64,000 bases of DNA, from assembly GCF_009914755.1 (NCBI RefSeq), contig NC_060932.1. One strand, written 5' to 3'. This stretch comes from the human T2T-CHM13v2.0 reference genome, Homo sapiens. The notes under the pieces were generated by a model. It was not told the DNA's origin. It worked only from the letters and a program-made list of their open reading frames with translations, and searched no databases. Position numbers and translations under genes: made by a program. Position 1 is the stretch's first letter, and each line of letters opens with the position of its first letter. Of this stretch, positions 12,781 to 27,610 are shown one piece after another.

Positions 12781-14478
12781 AGAATTCACTGTTAATTACT
12801 GTAAGTAATTACCGTAAGTAAGCTGTTAATTACTAACCTATACCCAAGACAAACATAGGAGAAATTACTAAAGACTGTACATGTGCAGATAAGTTAAAAA
12901 GATGCCATACAAGCACTCTGGATTAAGCAGAAGAATGAACAGGTATGAAGTCAGTCAGCTAAGAATTTCTGGAAAGAGTAGGTCTGGGCTGGATCTCAGA
13001 AAAGTGATGATCTTTGCGAGGTCAAAGTCCAAGAAAAAGTGTTCAAGGCAGAACAAAGAAAAAAATATACAGGGATATAATATTAAGTAGGATGTGGGTA
13101 CCTGGACCGTAAGGTACTCTCTAGCCTCTTTGTTTTGGAACATTTTTTATTTTTAATTTCTTTTGAGACAGGATGAATCTCTCATCCTGTCACCCAGGCT
13201 GGGGTGCAGTGGTACAATCTTGGCTCACTGAAGCCTCAAACTCCTGGGCTCAAGCGATCCTCCCATCTTGGCCTCCTTTTGTTCCATGTTGACTTCTGTG
13301 CATCCTACTCTCCGACCACACTGAACTGCTGGATCATTCTCCAAAGGTGATTAATTTACACCTTCAAGGTGTGGGAGAGGTTGTTCCCTACACCTGAGTA
13401 GTTCTCACCCAACTTCCCAGTGGACCAACTTCCCACTCCGCACAAATGTTATCAAGCAAGTACACTCTGGAATCTTCCCTTCTCCTAGGGGCAAGATCAG
13501 TCATTGTCCCTTTGCTCTCTAATTTGTAGGAGCCTCCTTCACAAGCTAAAAGCAGATAGCGTTGTATTTTAATTATTTGTTTACAAAACTCTCATTCTGT
13601 CCACACTGTGAGTTCTTGCATAGTGCCTGGCATATAATGATCACTCAATAAATGTTTGTTAAGTAAAGTTTGTACAGAAGCACTGAGCATCAATTCAATC
13701 TCCCTGTTAGAATCCTAAAGATTATCATCTTGGTCAAGGAAAACTGACAACAGAGAGGAGCTGAGGGTTCTGTTTGCTCTTGACTGAGAGTCACTATGAC
13801 TCACTGCCTCTAAGATCCTCTTTTCCTTGATCATCTTCCTCATCCAGCAAAACTAAATGTCCTCCTGTTGTCCTGCAAACTTTCTGTAGGCCTCAGCTTA
13901 TTTGGCTCTTTGACCTTCCTAATGCTGTTTTTACATCAACAAGCCACAGGCTGTGGTCATTATCTCCATCTTTCTCCACTGTTGCGCTTCCTTAAAATCT
14001 GAACTCGAAAAACTCTGTGGAATGAACAGATTTCTAGATACCGTGCACTTTCCTCACTCAGTTACAGCTGTAGAGTCAAACCAGCGTTTGTGAAGGCCTC
14101 CTAAGACTTCCAATCCAATTCTCTTTACAAGTCTGTGCCATGAAATCATGGGCACTTGTTTTTGTTCCTGAGAATCTTTAAAAACTCACTGTCCTAAAGA
14201 CTAGGTTTCATCTCTCTGATTATGCCTCTCCCTCACCTCACAGCCCACAAAGAGCTGAATTCCACCTGAAATTTCTTGGGTTTAAAAACAAACAAACAAA
14301 CAAACAAACTCTTGAGCCCAGGAGTTCAAGGCTGAAGTAAGCTATGATTGTGCCACTGCACTGAAGCCTATGTGACAGAGCGAGACCCTCTGAAAAAATT
14401 AAAAAGATTTGCACTTAAGCCAATTTAAGTCTGTTTCAGTTCACAATGCTGAAACACTAAAGTCTCAAAGTCCTTTAC

Positions 14479-14659
14479 CCTTTGGGATCAAGAAGGTCTC
14501 GAACTTTTTCATTATAAATTTCCATGTAGGACACTTCTACTTTAAAACTCTGTTCTTCATTTTCCTCTTTCTGAGTTCGTTCAAAGAGTCCACTGCAAAG
14601 TCTTGGGATTAATCCAGGTTGGTCAGCTGTGCCCATCATGGTATAAGATTTTCCAGAGC
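14479..14659 (-). CDS. KIF13B: KIF13B exon 6, (G)[59 protein letters not shown](G)
   Basis: tttttttAG|GCTCTGGA...CCCAAAGG|GTaaag; 181 nt; completes P-loop GQTGSGKS and contains SYMEIYNE. Confidence 0.98.
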
Positions 14660-14862
14660 CTAAAAAAATGGAAATCAGAGTTACTATTGTCTCTTTGAGA
14701 CGTTAAATACATAACCCTCTTTCCGTTGCTCATAATAAACACTTGGCAAAACGCCAAAATGCAGTGAGAAATACACCCAAATATAATGAGAATAATAAGT
14801 ACAGAAGCTTTTTTACTGCACATGTGAAAGTGAAAAGCAAATGTCCTTTAGAAAGAAAAATA

Positions 14863-15188
<326 letters not shown>

Positions 15189-15425
15189 TTAATCATCCTC
15201 ATACTTTAAGAAAATACCTAAAACAAGTGAGAAATAGTGAGGTCTAAAAGTTTTCCGAAATAAGCTGAAAGAGCCATATAATTAATACTATAGTGCCTGC
15301 TCCCAACCAGTGATCACAGCACAAAAAATATAGGTTCTCCCTGTGGACCCCAGAGCAAATTAACTCACTACCCTTTCACTATAGTGTGGAAACTAAAGAA
15401 TAATCTTTTTTCTTATATAAAATTA

Positions 15426-15798
<373 letters not shown>

Positions 15799-16701
15799 TT
15801 AAATTACCATAGTCCTACTGCCCGAAAACCAGTAACTACTGACACTTAAGTATAATTCCTTCTGTTTTTAGTAGCAGTGTTTTTGCAAATATGCTTTTAA
15901 CCTACAAGTTGCTGCTTTTGTCATGCAACATTTTATTGTTATCATAATACCTAAAGCTAATGTGCCACATTTCCTAAGTACCAGGACTTCTGTAAAAAGT
16001 TTGCACATGGGAACTCGTTATGACAACCCTACAAGAAGGTCTATGATCATCAGCCTTTCCAGATAAGGACGCTGAAGGGCAGAGAGGTTAAGTAACTGCC
16101 CAGGTCTCTCTGCTGGCCAGCTGCAGGAGCAGGACTGGAGCTGTCGCCGCCTGGCCCCAGCTTTCTGCCCTTTCAACACGACACATGAGGCTTCTTGAAA
16201 ATATCCAACACATTCTTCTGTGAGAACATTTCTAGTTGGACAAGCTGTATACTTTACTCTTACAAAAGTAACTAGTTCACTTCAAATTTTCTTTTCTTGA
16301 CCACAGAGACTCAAAAGCCAAAAAGCTTCTTAGTTATTACTGGTGAGATATTAACAAGTATGTTCTTTTTGGTATTTTATCTGTTATGGTTCTGAAAGCC
16401 TTAAAAAAGCATGATCTATAGGCATGGCTAGTAATGTGTTCAACAGTCATAGCTCTGTATTTTTTCGAAAAACAATGCAGCCAGTGCCTTGTGAGAAAAA
16501 TCAGTAAAGATAAAAGATCCCAATCCTAATTTTATTACACTCATTTTAAAATAATGTTACTGACTACTTTCAACATCTACAGTACTTTCTGAAAGCAAAA
16601 ACAACAAGGAATAAATCAGCAATGTTACTCAGTAAAATAAACATGGTTCTATTTTCTTTCATTGATGGTTGTTTATGTGATTTCATGTTATTTAACATTA
16701 C

Positions 16702-16794
16702 CAGTCTGTCCATAGGCAAAGATACATGCATTGTAGCCATCAAAAGCATTCTGCAGGATATTCTCTCCAAGGCACTTGAAAACAATATCTTGAC
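16702..16794 (-). CDS. KIF13B: KIF13B exon 5, (G)QDIVFKCLGENILQNAFDGYNACIFAYGQT(G)
   Basis: ctctctcAG|GTCAAGAT...CAGACTG|GTaatg; 93 nt; kinesin GYNxxIFAYGQT motif, first half of the P-loop. Confidence 0.98.
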
Positions 16795-18199
16795 CTGAGA
16801 GAGAGAGAATAAGAGAAAAGATATTTTAAGCCAAAACTACATATGAACAATTCACAAAACAAAAACAAAAATCTCAAAAATGTATAATCTGCTTATTTAT
16901 CTCCAAACAAGATTTTTAAATTTGACGAATGCTCCCAAAGGCTTATGCCTTCCAGGTTATTTCTAGTTAGCACATGAGGGAAAATCAGCTCCCTGTAATA
17001 CATGCTTGAATAAATAAACACGACTAAGAATCCCCTGCAATGCAGAGCCAATGAGCTGCTCACTTTATAATCAATGATTATAAATATCTGAAATTTATAC
17101 TTGGGACCCAGGTGTACCTGGACTTAACTATTTACCACTCAGGCAATGCTTTTATTCGGTGGGTACCAGAGTTTAGAATAATCATATATACCAACCCCCT
17201 CTCCTTTCCCTCAGTGACAATTTCTAATTACAGGATCTACAACACATACCAGTTAGGACAGGGAGTCAGAGCCTGGAAATTTCCCTCAGCTTTCAATCAT
17301 GGACATAAAGAACAGAGTCAAATTCTCCCCGACAGGCCAAATGAGATATGTCACTAGTCAGTAATTGAATGTGAATCTGACAAGTCACCCTACCTCACTT
17401 AGTCTCAATACCACATGGAAGAACTGGATGCTTTTATGTTATGGCAAGGGTATTCCATTATGTCTCATTTCCTTTTTTTTTTTTTTTAATACCAGTTAAC
17501 TTATACTTCTGATATTGGGCCACCTAGACCAAATGAATCTTAACTTCAAAACAGCCATAATATTCATCTTTCTCATAACAGAAGCCAAAACAATATGATG
17601 CTTAATATTTAAAAGAGATTGTTTAAAAACAGGCGACAAAAGCAGTAAGGAATAAAGGCAATCAAAGGCTGTCACTGCAGTCCTAAACTTGTGGTGAGAT
17701 GGGGCTTGAGACAGTCATCATTTAGAAGAATAATAGAGTAACAGACTTCCAGAGCCAAAAGAAAATTTAGAGAGAATATGGCATATTCCTTTCCATCAAA
17801 AAGAGAAAACTGAAGCTCTGACAGGTGAGGTGATTTACTGAAAGGCGCAGGGGCGGTAAGAAGCAGGGCTGGGCCTGCAGCCTAGGGTTCCTTTTCTCCT
17901 TGGCCGGTGCTCCCCTTCTTTCACTATGCCATCCTGTCTCTCCAGCCCAGTCTCAGGCCTCCAGGGCAATCTAAGGGGCGACCTTGTGCTCCCGGCCTCA
18001 TGTAAGAGCTGGGGCGTGTGAATGTGGAATAGCCACTGTGTGTACTAGTGATGTAATTTCATCAACGTATACCAAGAATGGCACACAGTGAATCTCCCAT
18101 TTTCCAATCAACATTAAAAACTCTAATAGCAAACACGGGAGGGTGTTGTCTGTACTTTCTACAGTTATGCAAAAGAATCCTATGGTACTCATATATATC

Positions 18200-19110
18200 C
18201 TATGGTAATTATAGAGATGTAGGTTACCATCCGCAGTTCCTGGCTCATTAACCCTTGTTGCAGTCTTTTACATGTTGGGGCATTTTAGCCTCAGGAAACT
18301 ATCTGATCTCCTGCCCTCCTTTTACCTGCCGGAGGCAAGACTCTCATCTGATTGTGGGTCAAGAGCTTCTCATTCCACAAGGTCTTGCCTCATATCCTAA
18401 AGGAAGGAATGCTACACAGAATGGCCAAGAAAAGTCTGAACAGACAGGACGTGCTGTGTTCAGTCATGCACTTTTTGTCCAATCACATTTCTAATCGGTT
18501 GACAATCATGCCTATATAAGGAAGCCTCCATAAAAACCTAAAAGGACTGGGTTCAGAGAGCTTCTGGATTGCTAAACACACAGGGCCCAATAGGAAGGTA
18601 AGAACTCATCCACACGCCGGGAGGGCGCCGCGCCACCTCCATGAGGACAGAAGCTCCTGCGCTTGGGACCCTTCCAGACCTCACCCTCTGTATCTCTTCA
18701 TCTGGCTGTTTACCTGTCTCCTTTAAAGAAAATCCCTCGTAATAAACCCCTAAACACAAGTGTTTCCCTGAGTTCTGTGAGCCGCTCTAGGAAATTAATC
18801 AAACCCAAAGAGGAGGTTGTGGGAACCCTAATTGGAAGCCAGTAGGTCAGAAGTTCTAGAGGCCTGGACCTGCGCTGGTGGGAAGGAGGGAGCGGTCTTG
18901 TGGGACTGAGCCCTCAGTCTGTGGATCTGACGCTGTCCCCAGGTAGAGAGCATCGGAACTGAGTTAGAGGACACCCAGCCAGTGTCTGCCGCTTGGGGTG
19001 CAGGGAAAACTCCCCCAACATTTGGTCACATTAAGTCATCTTCTGTGTTGATGACTGTTATTGTGGTGTGACAGCAGAGGAAACACACAGTTTGGGGGGT
19101 TTGCCAAGCA
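18200..19110 (+). mobile_element. MER21-family solo LTR, antisense to KIF13B
   Basis: gaagctcctgcgcttgggacccttccagacctcaccct, aataaa...gtgtttccctgagttctgtgagccgctctag and ggacacccagc are characteristic MER21 blocks. Confidence 0.75.
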
Positions 19111-19183
19111 ATCGTGTAAGGGAAAAAATACTGAACCCCTCTTCTACACCATCAGTAGTTGACAGGATGCTGGATTCTATTAC

Positions 19184-19244
19184 CTGCATACTTTTCTTTG
19201 ACAGATTCATCCATAGACCAGAAACAATGATCATAAGCAAACAC
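19184..19244 (-). CDS. KIF13B: KIF13B exon 4, VFAYDHCFWSMDESVKEKYA(G)
   Basis: ttttcaacAG|GTGTTTGCT...TATGCAG|GTaata; 61 nt; kinesin-3 F-x-Y/F-D-x-x-F-W-S motif. Confidence 0.97.
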
Positions 19245-20602
19245 CTGTTGAAAATGAACATAAGTGTGTGTTAAGAAAACCTCAACATTACTTATAAACC
19301 ATAACTGATAGAACTGTTCATAATAGTGAAATAAAACAACTTACTGTCATACAATGGGAATTAATTATGTATGTAGAGGCTTACAATGAGAACTAAACAT
19401 GCTATAGGTGATATGACTCTATATTTTACATGGAAAACTATTCACAAAATGTGTAATAAAATGGCTATTGCACACACACATGCACCTACAGTCACACACA
19501 CAGAATTACATCTATAGTTTATTTTTTTGCAGCGAAATTAGTGATCTGTTTCATGTTTTTATATTTTTTCAATATTTTTATTTTTGTAGTCAAAGAAAAA
19601 GATATTTTTTAAATAACATTTAAAGATGCTCACTATAGCATGTCCAAAATAGCTTAAAATAGCAGAATGTTTACATAAATTATGACATGCCCATGTGCAA
19701 GTATAGATTTGAGGGTATAGAAGACTTACTAATTTAAAAAAAGTTTATGTTAATGAAAAAGTTATAAAAGTCTAGAGTATGATTCCATATTTGTACCAAA
19801 AAACTATATGCATAAAAAGCAGGAACAATCTGTATTAAAATGCTACTTGGTGGGATCTTACAGATGATCTGTTTTGATCTTTCACCTTATCACCACTTTC
19901 TAGAATATCACATAGTTCTTTTGCACTGTTTGAAAAGCTTCTTTTTCACTAATTATTTCTTTTTAAACCAACTAAGCAAAGGCAAATTTTTCACTGACTG
20001 CATCTTTCACTTTTTCGATTTCTGTCAGTTTGAAATCTACTTACTTGTGTTTTGTGATTTTTATCTCCGTAAAGATTTTAAGTGCAATTGTTTTAAAATG
20101 TATCTCGGTTCACATTTTGTCACATTCTCCCACTTTGGGAGTCTGTTGCTATGCTTCCTGATGATGGTTTGCATGTTAGTTTGCAGGTACATCTTAGCAG
20201 GGAGTGTTTATTTTATGGTTTACATGATTGCTTATTTTTTCCTCTCCTGATGGCCACCTTTCCATGACTAGTTTATGCTGTCATTTCCATTACTGAAGCC
20301 CAGATTTTGGGTCTTCTCAAGGCCCAATGTCTCCATCCCTTCCTATTAACACAGACATTAGCTCAATGTTGGTGGCCAAAAACTGACTGTAAGCTTTCAC
20401 TCACAGAGAAGGCTCGCCCAAATCAGTTTTCACATGGTGAGCCTGGCTCCAGTCCCCAACCATACACCAGTGCCCCCATTAGTCGGCAAGAGTTGAACTT
20501 CCAATCACCTCCAGGCACCTGGTCTGATTCCAAAGCCCTGGAAATATGTCACTTCAGCCCTCGCTTACTGCTGGTCCTTGAAGTTATATATGTTGTTGTT
20601 GT

Positions 20603-20736
20603 GTTTTTCTAGTTTTGTGTAGAGATGGGGTCTCACTATGTTGCCCAGGCTGGTCTCAGACTCCTGGCCTCAAGCAATCCTCTAGCCTCAGCCTCCCAAG
20701 TACTGAGATTACAGCTGTGAGCCACCATGCCCAGTC
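20603..20736 (-). mobile_element. FLAM / Alu left monomer
   Basis: Single antisense left arm. Confidence 0.8.
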
Positions 20737-21791
20737 TAAATTTGTTTTCGAGTTTGATTACATGATTCGCACATTCTAAAATATTTTATCTATCTCTGCT
20801 ATAATTTTGATGTTGGCAGGAGAATGTTTCTGTGTAAACTCACAAGATTATCTGGACCAGAAGTCTAAAAGGTTAATTTTTTTAAGAAAGAAAATTAGGT
20901 TAAGATGGTAAATTAATAATGCATACTGATATCCATCACCCAGCTAAAATTAACTCAAAACGACAGGCGATGGGGGAAGTGGGGAAATTGCCAAAAAGGA
21001 AGAGAAGGGGGAAAAAAGAACAAGGTTTTGAAACCAAGAGTGCTTGCTTGTGCCTGGATCAGAATTGAGAAACTCCTGAAAAAATAGTTCCGATGAAACT
21101 GATGGGGGTAAGGGTGGGGGCCTGCAGGGAGAGCACAGGCTGCAAAGCCAGTGAGCAGTTCTGGGAGGTACCAGAAGGGCAACTAAAGGGGGAGGCAGAT
21201 AACCCTGGCAGCAACCGAGAGGACGACTGGCTCAGCACCTCTGGACAGGTGAGGATCGGCACACCTGCATCTCTGTGTGAAACAGCAGGCAGGGGAGACA
21301 CCTGTTCCCTGGATGGGGCTGTGAGAAGGAAGCGAGGCCAGGAAGTGAAAGCAGACCCCCAGCGGCTGACAGCCCCTGAGAGCCCTTGGGCCCAGAAGAC
21401 ATCATCCAGCTGCAGTGTTGTGTTACACACTGCTCACCCTCCATGTTTTTCCAAAGCTAAAACGTATATCTATCAGCAGTGGTGGCTCACTAAGCCATTT
21501 TCAAACACAGAGGAGCAAAAGGAGGAGGATGGAAGATGGCCCCAAAGGACTGGGCATCAAACTGGGGGGAGCTGCCTTGCAAACTCCAGGTGTCACCCAT
21601 AGTGAGAATCATTACAGCAGAGTAGGAGTAAATAAAATGTGGAGCTCAAACGAAGTTTCTCCTGTTCTAGCTTTCCACGCTTATCTCCATAATTTTATTT
21701 AATTAATTCTGTTCTTAATAAGGCTAAGTAAAAACCATCCTGATTCTTGTAAGCTTAGTTCTCACTTCAAAAGCCCTATCACATGTGTATA

Positions 21792-22423
<632 letters not shown>

Positions 22424-23152
22424 TATATTTATCAGAGATAGGTTCTAAATGGCACTCTCCTCTCCATTATTATTGGGTTTTTTTTTTTTTTTACTTGTCT
22501 TTCTTTTAGGGATTTCTTTAACAGTGACATTTCTTATTCCCAATTTGAGTCGAGAGGCTATTCCCAAAGTAACCATAATGGAGCTAAGCCTGTGTGCTCG
22601 ACACTGTTCAAAGGAACCTGAGGAAGAAAAAAGGTAAGTGCCTTACATCTAGCAGGTTGGGGTGCTAGGATTCCAGCCCACAGTCTGGCTCTAAGGTCCC
22701 TCCTCTGCACCACTAGGCTAGCCTAGCTCTATTCCCCAATATGAAAGTGCCACAGCCTGGCACAAAGTTGGGGACTAATAAACACTTACTTTTTATTTAC
22801 TACAGCTCTAAATGGTCCTCTTTAAGGCTTAGCAATTTCGTAAATTATTATAGGTAACTTCCAGGCAAAGATTTCATAAACTGGACAAGTCTTTTCTTTC
22901 CAAGTAAACACTGTAACAAATTCGAATAACATAGAAGCATAAAGGAAAAATCAAGGTCTCCCTGTTCAACAAGTACACCTCTCCCCAGAGCTGAGGTGTT
23001 TAACCTCCCATGTATTTTAGTCAACACAACATTTTTTCTAAACATGCAACTGAATTAAATAAAATATGAACAATTTTTAAATCACCAGGCAATGGTTCCT
23101 TCATATCTTCACTGCAACCTCCAGCCTCTGCACCAATAAAAATAAAAAAAAA

Positions 23153-23436
23153 GCTGGGCACGGTCGCTCACGCCTGTAATCCCAGCACTTTGGGAGGCCG
23201 AGGTGGGTGCATCATTTGAGGACAGGAGTTAAAGACCAGCCTGGCCAACATGGTGAAACCCCGTCTCTACCAAAAATACAAAACCCAGCTTGGTGTGGTG
23301 GTGGGTGCCTGTAATCCCAGCTACTTAGGAGGCTGAGGCAGGAGAATTGCTTGAACCCAGGAGGCAAAGATTGCAGTGAGCCAAGATCACGCCACCGCAC
23401 TCCAGCCTGAGCAAGAGCTAGACTCCATCTCAAAAA
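23153..23436 (+). mobile_element. AluS
   Basis: Full-length sense Alu. Confidence 0.9.
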
Positions 23437-23873
23437 ATATACATAAAAATAAGAAAACGAAAATAATCCAGCACCTTTTCAGTAGAAAAGATGAGAGAAA
23501 GTTTACATATATAAAGAAACCAGTGCCCTATTCGGCTTTTTCACAATGATGTTTTATACTGACAGGGTGACTTTCTGTTTGTCATTCAGTCCCTGTGGTT
23601 AGGGAAAAAAAATTTAATAAATAAATGATCTTAAAAAGTCAGAGTCCCAAACAGCCATGTCTATAATACACATTTTAGCAATAATAATAGCGAACTGAAT
23701 TACAATTCAGCCACGGACTGTAAAGGAAAAACAAAACCCCAAGAATGGAGACAGAAATCTAAATTTCCTGGAAGTTCCAAGTAACTTCATGGTCAGTTAA
23801 GAAACAGACTTTGTGCCCACTTCAAGCAGGGCTCCACATTCCCTAAGAGACAGAGGTGAAAGCATGTTCCCTT

Positions 23874-24118
23874 GAGGCGGCTGTGGCTGTGCAGGCTTCT
23901 GTTGGCCAGGAATGCACCCCCAGCTGTCTCGGGAGTGGGGAGGATGAGTCGGTTTTGACCGCAGTTTGGAACTACCAGTCTAGAGCCAATCTATGGAGGC
24001 GGCTTGAGGCCGCGCAGGTTTCTGTTGGCTGGGAATGCATCCCTAGCTGTCTTGGGAGCAGAGAGGATGAGTCGGCTTTGACCACAGTTTGGAACTACCA
24101 GTCTTGAGCCAATCTATG
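23874..24118. repeat. Tandem duplication of a 122/123-bp unit
   Basis: Units 23874-23995 and 23996-24118; about 15 substitutions plus 1 indel by eye. Confidence 0.93.
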
Positions 24119-24372
24119 GCACAAAAGGAATCTGTGTTGTAGCTGCTAGGAGACCAGCCAGAAGTGGTCAAAGTGCAAATACAGCTTTTCCATAAACCTC
24201 CGGCCCTTCCCATGCCAATAAATGGCTTCAGATTTGTGAGTAGGCTGACAGCTTGCATTACTTGTACAAAATGATAGAAAATATTTTCCTTTTTGAGAAG
24301 AAAACTTCTAAGAGTTCAACAACATGCATATAAGATCTTTACAAGCATCACATAACAAACCAAATCTCTTAC

Positions 24373-24385
24373 CTTCGGCTGGCCC
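24373..24385 (-). CDS. KIF13B: KIF13B 13-nt coding microexon (exon 3), (R)GQPK
   Basis: Minus strand gggagctcAG|GGGCCAGCCGAAG|GTaaga. Ends in phase 0 and joins the next exon as GQPK-VFAYD, matching KIF13B as recalled (DARGQPKVFAYDHCFWS). Confidence 0.93.
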
Positions 24386-24893
24386 CTGAGCTCCCAAAAC
24401 AGATGTCATCATTGACGTGAAAGAAAAGTTAAAAAAAAAAAAAAATTTAGTTTAGAAGACTTTTTTTGAAGGGTAAAATAATAAACATTATGTAAATTCA
24501 CAGTAAGAATATAAAATAATACCTTTGAAGCCACATAGTAATTTGAAGGATAAATGAATGTCTATTAGCTAGTAAGACAGGCTGCTAATCACAGACAACT
24601 TGTATCTCTCTGGTAGAAGGAGGACTGAGCACAGATAATAATTTCAACAGTCCTAATATTTCTGCCTTATAGATTTTGCTTTTATCTTTGTGTATGTCTT
24701 ATAAATATATATTTTTTAATCTTTTACTTTTTTATCATCTGGTTTCAGTTCCAAGTAGTTTTCTCTGCTTTGAAAAAGCAACAGATTACTCTCTTATCTG
24801 TACAGGCTCCTCTACAAAACAATGAATTCTATTCTGGCTAAGGAAAAAAGGCTAAATTAAAGAAACCACTAATTTCTTGCCAGTGAATTAACC

Positions 24894-25114
24894 CAGCTGA
24901 GTATCCCTCATCCAAAACGCTTGAAGTGTTTTGGGTTTCGTATTTTTTCTGGATGTGGGAATACTTGCACTATGCTTAACAGTTGCACATCCCAAATCCG
25001 AAAATCCAAATTCCAAAATGCTCCAAAGAGCATTTTGTTTGAGTGTTACGTGGGTACTCAAAAAGTTCCAAATTCTGGAGCATTTTGGATTTTCTATGTG
25101 GGATGCTCAACCTG
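24894..25114. mobile_element. Tigger4/MER46-type MITE
   Basis: cagctgagtatccct ... ggatgctcaacctg-TA termini; ccgaaaatccaaattccaaaatgctcc. Confidence 0.8.
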
Positions 25115-25240
25115 TACTTACTGAATTACTCACTACTTATTCCTCTCCGCACACATAAGCACTTCTAACCTCCCACCTTCCTCCCACTGAAACTGCCACT
25201 TACTGACATCTCATCAGGGGACAAGAAAATAACTCAATAT

Positions 25241-25560
<320 letters not shown>

Positions 25561-25791
25561 TCAATGTAATCCTGAGATAGTTTCAAACTTAGAGAAAAGT
25601 GGTAAAAAGTACAAAGAATGCCCATAGACCTTTCCTGCCAATTTACTAATTGTTAACACTGCCATGACTGCTTTTCTCCTTCTCCTTCCCTTTCCCCCAA
25701 GGATTTATATGAATAAATACACACATACACATATATGTTTTTTTTTCCTGAACCATTTGAGGGTAAGTTGCAGACATGCCTCTTTAACAAT

Positions 25792-25987
25792 CCGGGTGTC
25801 CAAAACACAGAAAACAGTCATGGGTTCACGGTTTCTGTTTCTGGCTGGGCCAGTAAAGCCCCTTCCTCATCCTTCTTTTCTGCTTATCACTAGAGATAGA
25901 AACTAAAGACCATGGCTTCAGGCTGCTTAAAGCCTAAAACAAAACAGAACAACAACACAACAAACTAAGTCCGGTTGGACAAGCTTT
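25792..25987. mobile_element. MER107/MER30-type hAT MITE
   Basis: gggtgtccaa ... ggttggacaagctt termini; internal gggccagtaaagccccttcctcatcc. Confidence 0.7.
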
Positions 25988-26430
25988 TCTAAACTTCCTA
26001 AAAACGATGATGTTCACTTACATAATAACAGGGCAATACTGAAATCAAACAATTTAAGAATAAAGGAAAGTACTTTTGAAACTGGAATAAAATAGGAACA
26101 ATAATAATTGGCCCTTCTCAGAGGATCAAAACTCAACTTTCAGGGCCTGAAACCTGAAAGGAAACTGTACATGAAAATGTTTGCTTCCAATTGTCTTCGA
26201 CCATCTCTTTGTTGCTTTGTCTCCTGAGATTTTCTTCTAAAAGAAATTTAATACTTATTTGTATCAAGTGATTTCTGACAAGAACATTAAAACACCACAG
26301 AAAGTCTAGCAAATGAGTGATACCTGTTTAAGAGATTTTGGAGTAATATCCAACATGGCTAATACATAAAAGAAAATAATTTCTCTGGAATAAGAGATGT
26401 AGAAGAATTTCCTGACAAAAAGACTTCTGA

Positions 26431-27262
<832 letters not shown>

Positions 27263-27610
27263 TAAAATTTTTTAAAAAATAGAAAAATGTTTTCGAAAAT
27301 TAAAAAAAAAAGACTTCTGAAATCTGGAGAGGTTACTGACATGCTATCATCTTTTTATTGTCTTTATAAGCAAAGCAGTTTCTCATCAATTGCAGGTGGC
27401 TTTGTTATAAACCTACAGGGAGGTAAGAAGAGAATTCAACATGGATGAAAGGCCTCACTTTAGACCAGGTGCACTGCATGCTACATGACTCCATTCTCAT
27501 GATAACTTTGCAAGATACTATTAGGATTCCAGTTTTACAGATGCAAAAAGTAAGGCTCAGAAAAGTCAACCCGTCTAGCACATACTTCAGGTTGTGAAGT
27601 GAACATACTT

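Noticed and set aside
21093-21602. 169-aa + strand ORF
   Set aside because: Antisense to the intron, with no recognisable domain or splice support; expected in GC-richer DNA.
23874-24118. Repeat-spacer patterns here and at 4856 and 54162 as a CRISPR-like array
   Set aside because: Only two copies each, long diverged units and a human intronic context.
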